DNA of 64,000 nucleotides from Octopus vulgaris (taxonomy: Eukaryota): the NCBI GenBank assembly GCA_951406725.2, contig OX597835.1, positions 21,080,001 through 21,144,000 on the forward strand, in the 5' to 3' direction. Position numbers and translations under genes: made by a program. Under the pieces are notes generated by a model. That model did not search any database, was not told the origin of the DNA, and saw only the letters and a program-made list of their open reading frames with translations. Below are positions 26,344-40,006 of the stretch, piece by piece. The stretch's first letter is position 1. Every line of letters begins with the position of its first letter.

Positions 26344-26733
26344 TTGGTTGTTATTATTGTTATTGTTGTGTGTAAGAGAGATAACTGTTCAGCTCTCGGT
26401 AATGGTTGAGGATTATATACGTGTACAGAAAAGAGACAGGTATTAAAAAACCTTGTTTAGTAGGGGATTTATGTCCAGAGATGTAATCGGGAAATTTAAT
26501 ATGTAAAAATATAAAAGTTGGTTATACTCAGAGACATCCCAGAAACAGCTGTAAAGCTTTGAATTTTTTCCAGTTATAATATTGTATACGACTTGAGATA
26601 TTTGCTTTGCCTTAATGTTTGTTGTACACTTTAACATTTATATATCCTCTGCATCGAAAATCTGCAATGACTCCATAACTATCGCCTCGGCTATAAACTT
26701 ATTTTGTATATACATATAAGTATATATATATAT

Positions 26734-27163
26734 AGGCGCAGGAGTGGCTGTGTGGTAAGTAGGTTGCTAACCAACCACATGGTTCCGGGTTCAGTCCCAC
26801 TGCGTGGCATCTTGGGCAAGTGTCTTCTGCTATAGCCCCAGGCCGACCAATGCCTTGTGAGTGGATTTGGTAGACGGAAACTGAAAGAAGCCTGTCGTAT
26901 ATGTATATATATATATATGTATATATATATGTATGTGTGTGTGTGTTTGTATGTCTGTGTTTGCCCCCCCCCCTAGCATTGCTTGACAACCGATGCTGGT
27001 GTGTTTACGTCCCCGTCACTTAGCGGCTTCGGCAAAAGAGACCGATAGAATAAGTACTGGGCTTACAAAAGAATAAGTCCCGGGGGTCGATTTGCTCGAC
27101 TAAAGGCGGTGCTCCAGCATGGCCGCAGTCAAATGACTGAAACAAGTAAAAGAGTAAAAAGAG
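26734..27163 (+). mobile_element. SINE-B, full length
   Basis: As the other SINE-B copies. Confidence 0.95.
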
Positions 27164-27164
27164 T

Positions 27165-27212
<48 letters not shown>

Positions 27213-27828
27213 TTGTATGTGTATTTGTATGTATGTATATATGTATGTATGCATGTATATACATACATATATATTCATACATACCACACGCTCATGCACA
27301 TATTCACTTGGACTACACGCAAAGACAGATACAGACGCGCACCCACACCCACACACATATATGCAGAGAGGGACAAAACAGAGAAATATAAACGTATATG
27401 TGTATGTGCACACATATATACATATGCGTGCAAACTTGGGTATATATATGTATGTGTGTGTGTGTATACATACATACAGATATGTATTTAGGAATACATC
27501 CACAGAGAGGGGGAGAGAGAAACATACATATGCACATAAATATAGGTATATGTGTTTATGTGCCTGTGTGTGTGTCTGTGTGTATGTCTGTGTCCGTGTC
27601 TGTGTTTGTGTGTATATTGTTATCTGCCTATTTATCGGTCAAAATATATCTAATTTTGGGAGACATACAACATACATGCATACACGCATATACATATGCA
27701 TAAGTACACATGTGTGTATGTGCATATATTCATTATTTGTGTGTGTGTGTTTGTGTTTATATGTATTCATGTATGTATACACGCATACACGTTTTCATAT
27801 GAATACACATGAAAGTATGTGTACATAA

Positions 27829-27910
<82 letters not shown>

Positions 27911-28561
27911 GGATGGATAGATGAATAGATAGATACACCTACGCATCGATATCCGTCTCTCGGAACAATTAAATACTTGTGAGATGAAATCATATTGAAA
28001 TCGGTGAAACTCTGATCTGCTCCGCTAAATTAATCTAAGCTAATCTAATCTCAAGCCAAGTTAAGCCAAGTCTTGCATAAAACGTCATATATAACAATAC
28101 TTTAATTGCAAATATTGACTATAAAACGTCAGGTTTGAATGTGTAGAGGTCAGCGAAGAATACCTTTCGAAGAAAACCATATAACATTACAGCATAATTC
28201 TTCAGATCCAACATTATTTTGACAGTAAGTAGAATAATGGTATTGCCACTTTAGAACGGTCACAATTTGGCTAGCTGTTGTAAAATTCCTCACACTCTGT
28301 TCTACCGTCTTCTACTGAATTGAATCAATCAGTTTGATGCTTAAAGTAACAATACGTTGTTTCTATGATAATTTTAATGTCAAAACAATGTCATGCTTTT
28401 CCTTTCTCTCTCATGTTCTCTCTCTTTCCCAAAGCACGCCGTTGGTGTTGGTTCGAGAGGTGGTGGTGGTGGTGGTGGTGGTGTTGGTGGTTTTAATGAT
28501 AGCCACTGTAAGGAAGATGGCATAAATGCGTATATCTGTATACCACTCTGTGGTTCTATGT

Positions 28562-28742
28562 CAGTGGTTCCCAACCTTTTCACTACCAATGCCCAAGGAC
28601 CCCTTTTATTTAAATGAGATTTTCCACCGACCCCTTTTAATATGCTTATTCTTATGTGTGTGTGTATATATATATATATATGGCCGCAGTCAAATGACTG
28701 AAACAAGTAAAAGAGTAAAAGAGTATGTAAAAGAGTAAAAGA

Positions 28743-28794
<52 letters not shown>

Positions 28795-28996
28795 TCTTTT
28801 ACTCTTTTACTTGTTTCAGTCATTTGACTGCGGCCATGCTGGAGCACCGCCTTTAATCGAGCAACTCGACCCCGGGACTTCTTTGTAAACCCGGTACTTA
28901 TTCTATCGGTCACTTTTGCCGAACCGCTAAGTGATGGAGACATAAACACACCAGCATCGGTTGTCAAGCAATGCTAGGGGGACAAACACAGACATA

Positions 28997-29064
<68 letters not shown>

Positions 29065-29608
29065 TACGTCGGGCTTCTTTCAGTTTCCGTCTACCAAATC
29101 CACTCACAAGGCTTTAGTCGGCCCTACTAAAGCCTTGTAGAAGACACTTGCCCAAAGTGCCATGCAGTGGGACTGAACCCGGAACCATGTGGGTGGTAAG
29201 CAAGCTACTTACCACACAGTCACTCCTGCGCCTATATATATATATATATGTATGTATGTATATATAATTTTTTAAATTATAAATTAAGGCATCTACGAGA
29301 TACCACCATGCTGAAAATAGCAGCCATGATCTGACTCTAAAACCACTTTAACTGTCCACATATCAACACGGAGAGAAAACAAAGAGACAAGATGAAACTA
29401 GTAAAAAATTACTGGATTCCCTAATTTATAATTTTAATAATTATTACCTTTGAAGGTTATTTTTTCCATGCTGACCACTTGATAAAATTGACGGTCTTAT
29501 CCTTATTTATATAAATTTATATATATATACATATAGTAGTTCACAGATCCCCAGGTACTACCTTTGCGGACCATCGCGGGTCCGCGGACCACAGGTTGGG
29601 AACCATTG
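28562..29608. mobile_element. hAT (Charlie-like) MITE containing a SINE-B
   Basis: TIRs cagtggttcccaacct / aggttgggaaccattg; 8-bp TSD ttctatgt / gtctatgt. Confidence 0.85.
28793..29233 (-). mobile_element. SINE-B, full length, with an inverted tail copy at 28681-28745
   Basis: As the other SINE-B copies. Confidence 0.95.
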
Positions 29609-29723
29609 GTCTATGTGATTCTATTCTTGCAAGTGTATATTTACCTCCTTCCCTACACCCCCCACACACGCACCTACACATATAGCTGCATAAAACTTAC
29701 ATGGTTTTAATATAATTTTTAAT

Positions 29724-29758
29724 ATATCGACCGGTTTCGCTATCGCTCTTCATGATAT
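29724..29758 (-). ncRNA. Minimal hammerhead motif (C3A variant)
   Basis: Minus strand atatc-ATGAAGA-gc gata gc-GAAAC-cg-GTC-gatat; palindromic stem III accggt. Confidence 0.6.
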
Positions 29759-30659
29759 TATGTTTAATTTATTTGAATATATATTTTGTCTGAAAGAAGA
29801 AATTTGGTCCATGTTGTGTGTGATGACAAATAAAGGGAAGTAAAGTGACGAAAATATTTTGGCAAATTAAATTTAAATGTTGAAGTGAATCGAACGGTTT
29901 TTGTGTGTTTCTTAAATGGCTTATAAACACCTTCCACGCTGCAATTGTTTTCGTTCCAGGACACGATCTCAGATCAGGTCACTTGCTATGCAAGTACATC
30001 TCCGTAATTTACATATGTCCTTTAGTTGTCTTTATCACTTTCGTCACCAGCAGAAAAAGAAATGACTTTGTGGTTTTGAAGCTTCCAGACAATATAACAA
30101 TGCACGACTTTTATACTAATAAGCGTGAAACGTTTTTCATAACATGTTGCAGTAGAGATGTGTACGTTCCCTTGATGTGTATCTTTGTTGATCAGCCAGA
30201 GAATCTGAGAGGGAAATATGTTGAACAAAATAGTGATCCTCCCCTATTTTCTTTCACTAAATGCCAGGAGCTTTCCATCATCCCGCTCGAATACGTGCGT
30301 TTCAACTATGCTTTGATTTGGAAGGTGGTGAAATATGAACATTTGAAGTGTATTGTAACTGAAACTGTATTTCATTTTTGATCTACTGTAGCTACTGCAA
30401 CTAATAAGATCTTATTTGACTGGCTTTAATAACAAAATAACTTAGTTTATGTTAACGATGATTGACAGAATCAGGAACGAATGTTTACGATGGAGTAATG
30501 TCCCTTGATTTTGGAAAAATTAACGCTGATTACCTACCTTTGAACTCCTGCAACTGCTGCAACCAGCTACGATCAGTTACGGTACCTGGCTGTCGATCGG
30601 TATGTCACGCAGTGGGACTGAACCCGGAGCCATGTGGTTGGTAAGCAAGCTACTTACCG

Positions 30660-30891
30660 ACGGCGAACTGGCAGAATCGTTAGCACGCCGGGCGAAATGC
30701 GTAGCCGTATTTCGTCTGCCGTTACGTTCTGAGTTCAAATTCCGCCGAGGTCGACTTTGTCTTTCATCCTTTCGGGGTCGATAAATTAAGTACCAGTTAC
30801 GCACTGGGGTCGATGTAATCGACTTAATACCTATGTCTGTCCTTGTTTGTCCCCTCTGTGTTTAGCCCCTTGTGGGTAATAAAGAAATAGG
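30660..30891 (+). mobile_element. SINE-C monomer
   Basis: Full head through aaagaaatagg. Confidence 0.9.
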
Positions 30892-31215
30892 CATCATAAA
30901 CCTACTGCCATTGATACTGACTGCGTGACTTCCATCGCCAAATAACTGAGATGATAAACGCGGCTGCGTTCTTTCATTCTAATATAGCTTGTTTCAGTAA
31001 TTAGACTGCTGCCATGCTGGAGCAACTCCTCGAAGAATTTTTAGTCGAATGCTTCGAGCTATTTTTTTGTTAAGCCTGGTACTTATTCTATCCGTCGTTT
31101 TTTTGCCAAAGCGCTAAGTTTCGGAGACGTATACACACCAACACCGGCTGTCAGGCGTCTGAGGGGGACAAACACAGGCGGCACAAAGAAACACACACAC
31201 ATACACTCATGAATA

Positions 31216-31261
<46 letters not shown>

Positions 31262-31286
31262 ACGGCACATGATTTAGTGGTTAGGG

Positions 31287-32408
31287 CAGGGATCGCCAAA
31301 TTTGAATTGACCTCCTTTAGCCACTTCTTCTGTATCGACCCCCTTTAGGTACTTCTTCCGTATCGATCTCCTTTAGCCACTTGTCCTGCATCGATCACCC
31401 TTCTAATTTAAAATACTTTAATATCTTACCCTACCGTTCCATATCTTAACAGCGTACCGGGTACTGATGCTGGCGATTAAAATGTTAGCTAAAATATACA
31501 TTTACGACAAATTAAGAAATTCTGTTGAAGATGACTCAATTTTTACATTTAAAACTACGGTTAGAAATTGTGAAAAACGTATCATATTATTCTTTACTCT
31601 TTTACTCTTTTACTTGTTTCAGTCATTTGACTGCGGCCATGCTGAAGCACCGCCTTTAATCGAGCAAATCGACCCCAGGTCTTATTCTTTTCTAAGCCCA
31701 GTACTTATTCTATTGGTCTCTTTTGCTGAACCGCTAAGTGACGGGGACGTAAACACACCAGCATCGGCTCTCAAGCAATGCTAGGGGGACAAACACAGAC
31801 ACACAAACATAGACACACACATACATATATATATGCATATATACGACGGGATTCTTTCAGTTTCCGTCTACCAAATCCACTCACAAGTCTTTGGTCGGCC
31901 CGAGGCTATAGTAGAAGACACTTGCCCAAGGTGCCACGCAGTGGGACTGAACCTGGAACTATGTGGTTGGTAAACAAGCTACTTACCACACAGCCACGCC
32001 TGCTGGAATGTCTTTTATTAAAATTGACAACATTAATGTGATGGATGATCATGGTGATCCTGAATCAAGGCATTGATATCAGGCTGAATGCTGGTCAGTC
32101 TCAGTCTCAAATCACATCTATAAGCAAACACTTGACAATCCGCATCCCCTCGATCACATCTCTGAATCTTCGATTGCGATACAGATTACGACATCAGGCC
32201 TCGAACGTTAGCAACTGTAGACTTCTCGTTCAGTGATAAGATAATCACGTTTCCCGCCGTTTCACGGCGTTAAGTATTTCAAAGAATTCATCTGGGTGAG
32301 CTGGTCTTTCGCACGCCGACCCCCATTCGATCCCTTGGTTATTATCGATCCTCTGTAATTGCTCACCGACCACTAGGAGCTCCCTCGTACCCTCTTTGCT
32401 GACCCCTG
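31287..32408. mobile_element. hAT MITE inserted in a SINE-D and containing a SINE-B
   Basis: TIRs cagggatcgccaaa / tttgctgacccctg; TSD ggttaggg / ggtaaagg; the flanks rejoin into a SINE-D head. Confidence 0.75.
31592..32001 (-). mobile_element. SINE-B, full length
   Basis: As the other SINE-B copies. Confidence 0.93.
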
Positions 32409-32553
32409 GGTAAAGGTGTTGCACTCACTATCTAGCGATTGCTGTTTCGATTTCTGGACCGGGTGGTGCGTTGTGTTCTTGAGCAACACACTTCATCTCA
32501 CGTTGCTTTGCGACCACACCGTGAGGGAGAGAGAGAGACATTATATATATACA

Positions 32554-32611
<58 letters not shown>

Positions 32612-32951
32612 TACATTCGACTCACTAGAAAGAGCAGCCAAAACTCATACCGCTAAATAGTTGTAATTCTGAAATAGAAAGAGAAATAAAAACGTTTACC
32701 CCCTTCATCTCTGGACTATGCATAGTTTCGGCAAAACTTTGACAAATGAATTAATTAAATTAAATTAAATTCATTTACATCTGGCGTGCCTCGTCAGCAG
32801 AGAGCCTAGGACGAGTATATGTCCACGAGGCTATGGTAAAGAAGCCTCCAGTCACATATGCACTAAATTTTCAAATCTTACCGCAATCGCGCAGTCTACT
32901 CAGCAGCAAATATAAACTGCTGATTTAATTTCAAAATTAGCCAAAAAATCA

Positions 32952-33095
32952 TTAATTAATAAATATAAGGGTAGCCAAAAATTCTTGTTGAATGTATATT
33001 ATATAGTCTTTGACTATTTTTTCTTTCTCACTAGACCGCTGGTAGCGGAAAATTTTTTCTAGAATTTTTTGCTACCCTTATATTTATTAATTAAT
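32952..33095. repeat. 35-bp inverted repeat flanking a small hairpin (ccgct-ggt-agcgg), next to a TA tract
   Basis: attaattaataaatataagggtagccaaaaattct / agaattttttgctacccttatatttattaattaat. Confidence 0.75.
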
Positions 33096-33469
33096 ATATA
33101 TATATATATATATATACATACAATCAAGGTCCCACCAGACGGCCACTTTAATATATTTGACTTTTTGAATAGTGGAAACATAAATGTTGTCTTCTGTGGT
33201 CGAAATATTTTGAGAAAGAATTGGTTTTTGGCACATTTAAATAATTTCAGGGAAAGCTACAACTATGTTTTGTTAATAATTTAGAAAGAATTCATATAAT
33301 TATGGTCCTAAAAACATATGCCGGCATCTTCATCACAAAAGTCAGAATGAGGGGCAGAACGTTCTGAGTTTCGGCGATACATCTCATTGCTTTTGTTTTA
33401 TTGATTTATCTTTTATCGAATACTTTCCTTTATTTTATTCATTCCTCCTATATTTTATTTTTCTTCTCT

Positions 33470-33965
33470 TTGGAGCAAGACGTGTATGAAGTTAGGAAAT
33501 GCTTCTGGGTGTTTCTCCAACCAGAAATCAATTGCCTCAATACCATATTCATATGGGATGTTGGTATAGAGGTTGGTATAGAGTAAGGCGGCGAGCTGGC
33601 AGAAACGTTAGCACGCCGGGCGAAATGCTTAGCGGTATTTCGTCTGCGTTACGTTGTGAGTTCAAATTCCGCCGAGGTCGACTGTGCCTTTCATCCTTTC
33701 GGGGTCGATAAATTAAGTACCAGTTACGAACTGGGGTCGATGTAATCGACTTATTACCTATGTCTGTCCTTGCTTGTCCCCTCTGTGTTTAGCCCCTTGT
33801 GGGTAATAAAGAAATAGGTATAGAGGTTGATAACATCAAAGGAAACCAAGAATGCCTCCCCGTTGGTTGTTTTCGGGAGGTGCTTGAGCATACCGAGATC
33901 ATCTCTAATGAAACTTTTCATGTGACTGAGGAAAGGATTCAAAAGGATGTCCAGGGGCAAAACGT
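33470..33965 (-). mobile_element. PLE reverse-transcriptase fragment interrupted by SINE-C
   Basis: LDILLNPFL...SFIRDD...LVSFDVINLYT | NIPYEYGIEAIDFWL, the PLE RT motif FDVxxLYTNIP. Confidence 0.85.
33585..33816 (+). mobile_element. SINE-C monomer
   Basis: 13-bp TSD ggtatagaggttg at 33563-33575 and 33817-33829. Confidence 0.93.
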
Positions 33966-34104
33966 GGATAAATCACCATGGAATAGGATGACACGTTTAT
34001 TTAATGTTAAAATAGAAGAAGGAAACATAAGACTCTTCAGTACATAGCTCATCTTTTCCTTAACATGATTAAAGTTCACATAAACTTTACTAAATTTCCT
34101 TTAA

Positions 34105-34666
34105 CCCCTTACCCAACAATTACTTTGAAAATAAATGTATTTTTTCAGACATATTTTTTAATTGTTTTGAGGTATATTTCAAACCTTATTTATTATGAAT
34201 TTTAATTCAATAATATTGATTTTAAATTACCGCTTTGGGCAGAAACGAGTTAACCCGTTTTTTTTCATAAATCATATTACTTTTACAAAAAATCATGTTA
34301 TTTTATTTGGTTATCGACATGGTGGGGTTATAATATAAAGATATAAAAAAAAAACAACGTAAAAACAAAGTGAATACTTCTATTCATAAAATGTGCCTTC
34401 CAACCCTTCGACTGTCTCCAGGTGACTAAATCATACTCGGTCTTCAATGCCTTACTCAAGCGAAAGGTGGCAGAAATCGTCACTGCCAGACGTATAAAGT
34501 GAGCGAATATACTCGTATATGTCAAAAAAGAGTTTATAATAGACAAAGGAAATCGTTTGCTGTCGATTTTGGCGAGTCTATCTTTTGACGAGTTAACTCG
34601 CCAGAGATAGAAAAAAAAAAACGATTTCGGTCAAAACGCATATATTCGTTTCTGCCGGGTAAGGGG
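34105..34666. mobile_element. piggyBac-type MITE
   Basis: TTAA|ccccttaccc ... gggtaagggg|TTAA; internal inverted motif ggcagaaacga / tcgtttctgcc. Confidence 0.75.
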
Positions 34667-35192
34667 TTAAAAAAACTACTGTAAAACATTAACTTTTGCT
34701 ACGAATATTTTGGTTCATGAAGAGCGATTTCTGTCTATATTTAAAGTATTCGCATTTTCTGGCCATTCACATTTAATGACGCATTGAAATAAAGGTTTGC
34801 ACGGTTCCAAGATTCCTCTTCAGAATTAACCGGATATGTCTTTACTAAAGATATTCACAAATAATGATTATTAAGTTATTTGGATTTAAGAGGAGACGGG
34901 GAAATTTGTGTTAATGTACTTTATTTTCCCGTTACATTTATTATAAAGACAATAAGTTCCGGTGGTTGAATCTAGAGCTGTTCGCCTTGTGTGTGCAGGC
35001 GAGCATGCGTCGTGTTGTATGTATATATACATACATACATACATACATATATATATATACATACATGCATATATATACATACATATATGTATATACATAC
35101 ATACATATATATATACATGCATACATATATATATACACATACATACATATATATATACACATACATACATATATATACATACATACATATAT

Positions 35193-35273
<81 letters not shown>

Positions 35274-35696
35274 CAACGTACATCATACACAGGAACAAAC
35301 TTCATCATACACAGAACACACTCAGACATATATACATACTTACAAATGTATCAAATGTATGTATGTATATATGTATATATGTATATAGATATATATACAT
35401 ATACGTATATATGTATATATATATACATATACGTATATATGTATATATATATATATGTATGTATGTATGCATGTGTATATATATATATATATGTATGCAT
35501 GTATGTATATATATATATATATACGTATATATGTAGACGAGCAACGCCTTTATATTGTTATATCGTTATACACAGTAGACACGCAGCAAAATTATATTTA
35601 CGTATTTGTAACTCATACATCAATATATGGATTACGTCATAGGACTAAAACCGTCGTCCCCATCGTCATTATGTATGCTTATAAGTTTATGGATGA

Positions 35697-35739
<43 letters not shown>

Positions 35740-35771
35740 AATATATACATAGATAGATATATAGATAGATT

Positions 35772-35802
<31 letters not shown>

Positions 35803-35832
35803 ATAGATGCATAGATAGATATATAGATAGAT

Positions 35833-35871
<39 letters not shown>

Positions 35872-35902
35872 AATAGATGCATAGATAGATATATAGATAG
35901 AT

Positions 35903-35943
<41 letters not shown>

Positions 35944-36020
35944 AATAGATAGATAGATATATAGATAGATTTACATATATATATATGTACAAATAGATTG
36001 ATTGATAGATAGACAGATAT

Positions 36021-36077
<57 letters not shown>

Positions 36078-36661
36078 GCGTATATTTATCCGCACATATG
36101 CCTAACTAAAAGTAATTCAGTAATATAGAAGTATAAATTTGCAAGGACACATCATAACTATATTACAAATGTAAAAAAAAAAAGAAAAGAAAAGAATTAC
36201 CTGGATGCAGACTGGTGTTAAATAAGGTGTAGGAAATAGAACAGTGCTAAATGCACAATCATTAACGGACATCCGAGTGTAATAAACGCTTCTTTTATAT
36301 TAAATGTATATGGATATAATTTCTTCATCAAAGACAAAATTCTTTCATGTTAGACTTAGTTAAAGGTAATGCACAAATAAAAGAGCATGGAATGATATTT
36401 GGTTGATGATAAATGTTATATAAATCAGTCAGCGCTGGTAATAGCAGAAAATTATTCCATATTCAGGGAATATTGTATTTAGATGTGTTTGAACATATGT
36501 AAAATATACGGAAATTATTCGGAGAAAATACGTAGGAATAACTGTAGTATCATGTATAATATAGATAGATAGATAGATAGATATCAGGCAGACAGAAAGA
36601 AAGATAGATAGATATACAGATAGATAGACTGACGGACAGACAGACATATAGATAGATAGAC

Positions 36662-36689
<28 letters not shown>

Positions 36690-36696
<7 letters not shown>

Positions 36697-36885
36697 TAAT
36701 CCAAACAAGAAAACACAAAAAAAACACAACAACGTGAGGACATGGAACAAATATAGTATTATTGGACGCTCAGGAAAGAAGGGAAGAAGGAGGATATAAC
36801 GTTTCGAGCGGAGCTCTTCGTCGGAAGCACAGGAGAAGGAAAGATCCCAAGAAGGGAAGACAGAGGAAAAAAATCGCCAACGTAT
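36690..36885 (-). mobile_element. PLE-like end in a TA tract with an HHR-like motif (36792-36826)
   Basis: Minus strand gacGAAGA-gc tcc gctc-GAAAC-GTTA; same family as 41900 and 47125. Confidence 0.55.
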
Positions 36886-36964
36886 CAATGTATCTCTCTC
36901 TGTCTTTCTCTCACTCCCTCTCTTTTCTTCTCACTCTCGTTCTCTCTCTCTCTCTCTTTCTCCC

Positions 36965-37005
<41 letters not shown>

Positions 37006-37077
37006 TTATCTGCCTATCTGTCTGTCTACCAGACTGCTCGTCTGCCTATCTATTCAACAAACACATATACCAATATA

Positions 37078-38574
37078 TAGTAGCGGACAAAAAAAAAAGA
37101 GAACAATAAATATTTTTTTTTAAATGTCGGAAAAGCTAGTGAACGTACAAATTTGTAATTTCTTTAGTAAAATCGGTTCATCATTAACTAAATTTTCTGA
37201 AAAATTTACGTTTGTACAATAGTCTTAATAAAAGTTAATAATTCTAACACTAGTTTCGTCCAAATGTCTCATGTGCAAAATAAGAACGATTAGATTCCTT
37301 TAGATATTTCTGGAAATTTCGAATATTGTTTACAACTGAGACTCAACGCTACTACCGTCTCAGTATCGTGCTAGCTTCCGAACATGACACACCACGCTAA
37401 AGTTTCCTCCCGACCTCCGAAAAGAAATTGTGAGGATGAAAGTTTCAGGAATTACTCCCTTGGCTATTTCACGAGATGTAAGGAGATCTGGGAGTGTAGT
37501 TTCACGTGTTCTTAAGCCCTATGAAGAAACTAAAGGTTTTGAACCGAAAGAGGTAACTGGTAGACAACGCAAAACTACCATGCGAGATGATCGAGCCTCG
37601 AAAGGTACTATTAAATGATTCTTTCGAGATTGCGAAAGCGTGTCACTGGATTCTTTAGTGAACAAAATATCCAAGCAATGAAGTGGTCAGCACAAAGTTC
37701 AGAAATGAATCCAATTGAAAACCTTTGGAAGATATTTGGAGACAAAGTAACACAAAGGGCACCAACTACGACGACGAATTTATGGAGATATTAGAAGAGA
37801 AATGGAAGAAAGTAACACCTGACTTGTGCAGGAAACTTATGTCCTGTGGCAATCGATGTGCAGATGTGATCTCCAACAAAGTTCTACAAATATTATACTA
37901 ACTGTATTTTCAATTGTGGAGGCGCAATGGCCCAGTGGTTAGGGCAGCGGACTCGCGGTCGTAGGATCGCGGTTTCGATTCCCAGACCGGGCGTTGTGAG
38001 TGTTTATTGAGCGAAAACACCTAAAGCTCCAAGAGGCTCCGGCAGGGGATGGTGGTGATCCCTGCTGTACTCTTTCACCACAACCTTCTCTCACTCTTAC
38101 TTCCTGTTTCTGTTGTACCTGTATTTCAAAGGGCCGGCCTTGTCACTCTCTGTGTCACGCTGAATATCCCCGAGAACTACGTTAAGGGTACACGTGTCTG
38201 TGGAGTGCTCAGCCACTTACACGTTAATTTCACGAGCAGGCTGTTCCGTTGATTCGGATCAACCGGAACCCTCGTCGTCGTAACCGACGGAGTGCTTCCC
38301 ACATTTTCAATTATTATTATGGTTTGGAGTTAATTGAAGCATTTTTTTGGTACGATCGTTCTCTTATTTTGCACAAGAGACATTTGGACGAAAATAGTGT
38401 TAGTGTTATTAACTTTTATTAAGACCATTTGCAAAATCAGATTTTTTACAGAATTTAGCTAATGGTTAACCGTATTTAGAAAACCAATTACGAATTTGTA
38501 CGTTTACTAGCTTTTCCGCAATTTAAAAAAGATATTAATTGTTCGCTTTTTTTTTTTTTTTTTGCTCGATACCG
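37078..38574 (+). mobile_element. Internally deleted Tc1-like transposon with ~215-bp TIRs
   Basis: TIRs 37078-37292 / 38352-38574 with TA flanks. Paired-like N-terminus (GRQRKTTMRDDR) joined to WSAQSSEMNPIENLW, the Tc1 SPDLNPIENLW motif. Confidence 0.9.
37916..38302 (+). mobile_element. SINE-A, full length, nested in the Tc1 element
   Basis: tRNA-like head (TCG in the anticodon-loop position); TSD attttcaatt at 37906-37915 and 38303-38312. Confidence 0.95.
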
Positions 38575-38873
38575 TATGTGGCCATATTTTTTACTAACAG
38601 CTTTACTCAGCTCCATGTGTACGTGAATATGTGTTCATTCATCTAAGTATGTATGTATGTGTGTATGTGTGTGTTTGCGTATACTTAAGCTGAAACTATA
38701 TAAAACCGCAAATGATAAGTAAAGGGGCAGAACAACAAGCGCGCATAAACCAATTTATAACGGAACATACATGTCTGTGATAATCAAGAAATTATATCCA
38801 AACCATAATTTTGGTCGTTCGTATAACTGAAATAAACATGTCATATCAAAAAATAAATAAATAAATAAATAAA

Positions 38874-39295
38874 GGCGCAGGAGTGGCTGTGTGGTAAGTA
38901 GCTTGCTAACCAATCACATGGTTCCGGGTTCAGTCCCACTGCGTGGCATCTTGGGCAAGTGTCTTCTGCTATGGCCCCGGGCCGACCAATGCCTTGTGAG
39001 TGGATTTGGTAGACGGAAACTGAAAGAAGCCCGTCGTATATATGTATATATATATATATATATATGTGTGTATGTGTTTGTGTGTCTGTGTTTGTCCCCC
39101 TAGCATTGCTTGACAACCGATGCTGGTGTGTTTACGTCCCCGTCACTTAGCGGTTCAGCAAAAAGACACCGATAGAATAAGTACTGGGCTTACAAAGAAT
39201 AAGTCCCGGGGTCGATTTGCTCGACTAAAAAAGGCGGTGCTCCAGCATGGCCGCAGTCAAATGACTGAAAAGAGAGTAAAGAGTAAATAGAGTAA
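38874..39295 (+). mobile_element. SINE-B, full length
   Basis: As the other SINE-B copies. Confidence 0.95.
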
Positions 39296-39374
39296 ATAAA
39301 TAAATAAATAAAGACAAAACGGAGGAGAATTTGGCGTTTCGTGTAATTTCATTCATGAAAGAGTGAAAGAAGAA

Positions 39375-39722
39375 GAATCACGCATGCGCTTGCGGTGGTT
39401 TCGCCATGCATGTAAGCGTCAGGTGGGTGAACTGAGCCGTGATGTCCTTCTCCCAACTCCACTTCCCAACTGGCAGAAACGCGCGGCGGGCAGGCAGCTG
39501 AAGACCTGGGTTACGACGATCAAAGAGGACCTCTCCGTACTCACGGACCACAGGACCACAGGTGGTCGGCCTGCACCGATAGAACCGTGACTGGCTCGCT
39601 ATCTCCAGTGAACTGGCGCAGGACCGTCGTGCGTGGGCTGCCATGGTTCGAGATGCCTCGAGGGTGGTAGAAGAAGCCGACTCAACCCGCCCAGGGTGAA
39701 TGTCGCCACAAGTACAAGTACC
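39375..39722 (+). mobile_element. RTE-clade LINE 3' end
   Basis: RLRWFRH...GRQLKTWVTTIKEDL...LAQDRRAW; (caagta)n tail. Confidence 0.8.
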
Positions 39723-39866
39723 AATACACATGCACTTGTGTAGAAAGAAGCTTGTTTCTCAACCACGTTGTTCCGGTTTCATTTCCAATGCATGGCACCA
39801 TGGGCTAGTGTCTTCTACTATAGCCTCAGTCCAACCCAAGCCTACTGACTGGAATTGGTAGGCGAA

Positions 39867-40006
<140 letters not shown>

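Noticed and set aside
29905-30381. 158-aa non-repetitive ORF
   Set aside because: The N-terminus lies in repeat family F. I recognise no domain or splice pattern in the rest; a BLASTX would be needed.
34785-34830. Minus-strand CTGAAGA with a downstream AAAC as another hammerhead
   Set aside because: GAAA and stem I pairing are not convincing.
35740-35990. ~70-bp and ~110-bp higher-order repeats inside microsatellite fields (also 56500-56820 and 57620-57815)
   Set aside because: Explained by slippage or unequal exchange in composite microsatellites, or by assembly error.
37916-37990. SINE heads as genuine tRNA genes
   Set aside because: They have A/B boxes but continue into SINE bodies with TSDs and lack a complete cloverleaf.
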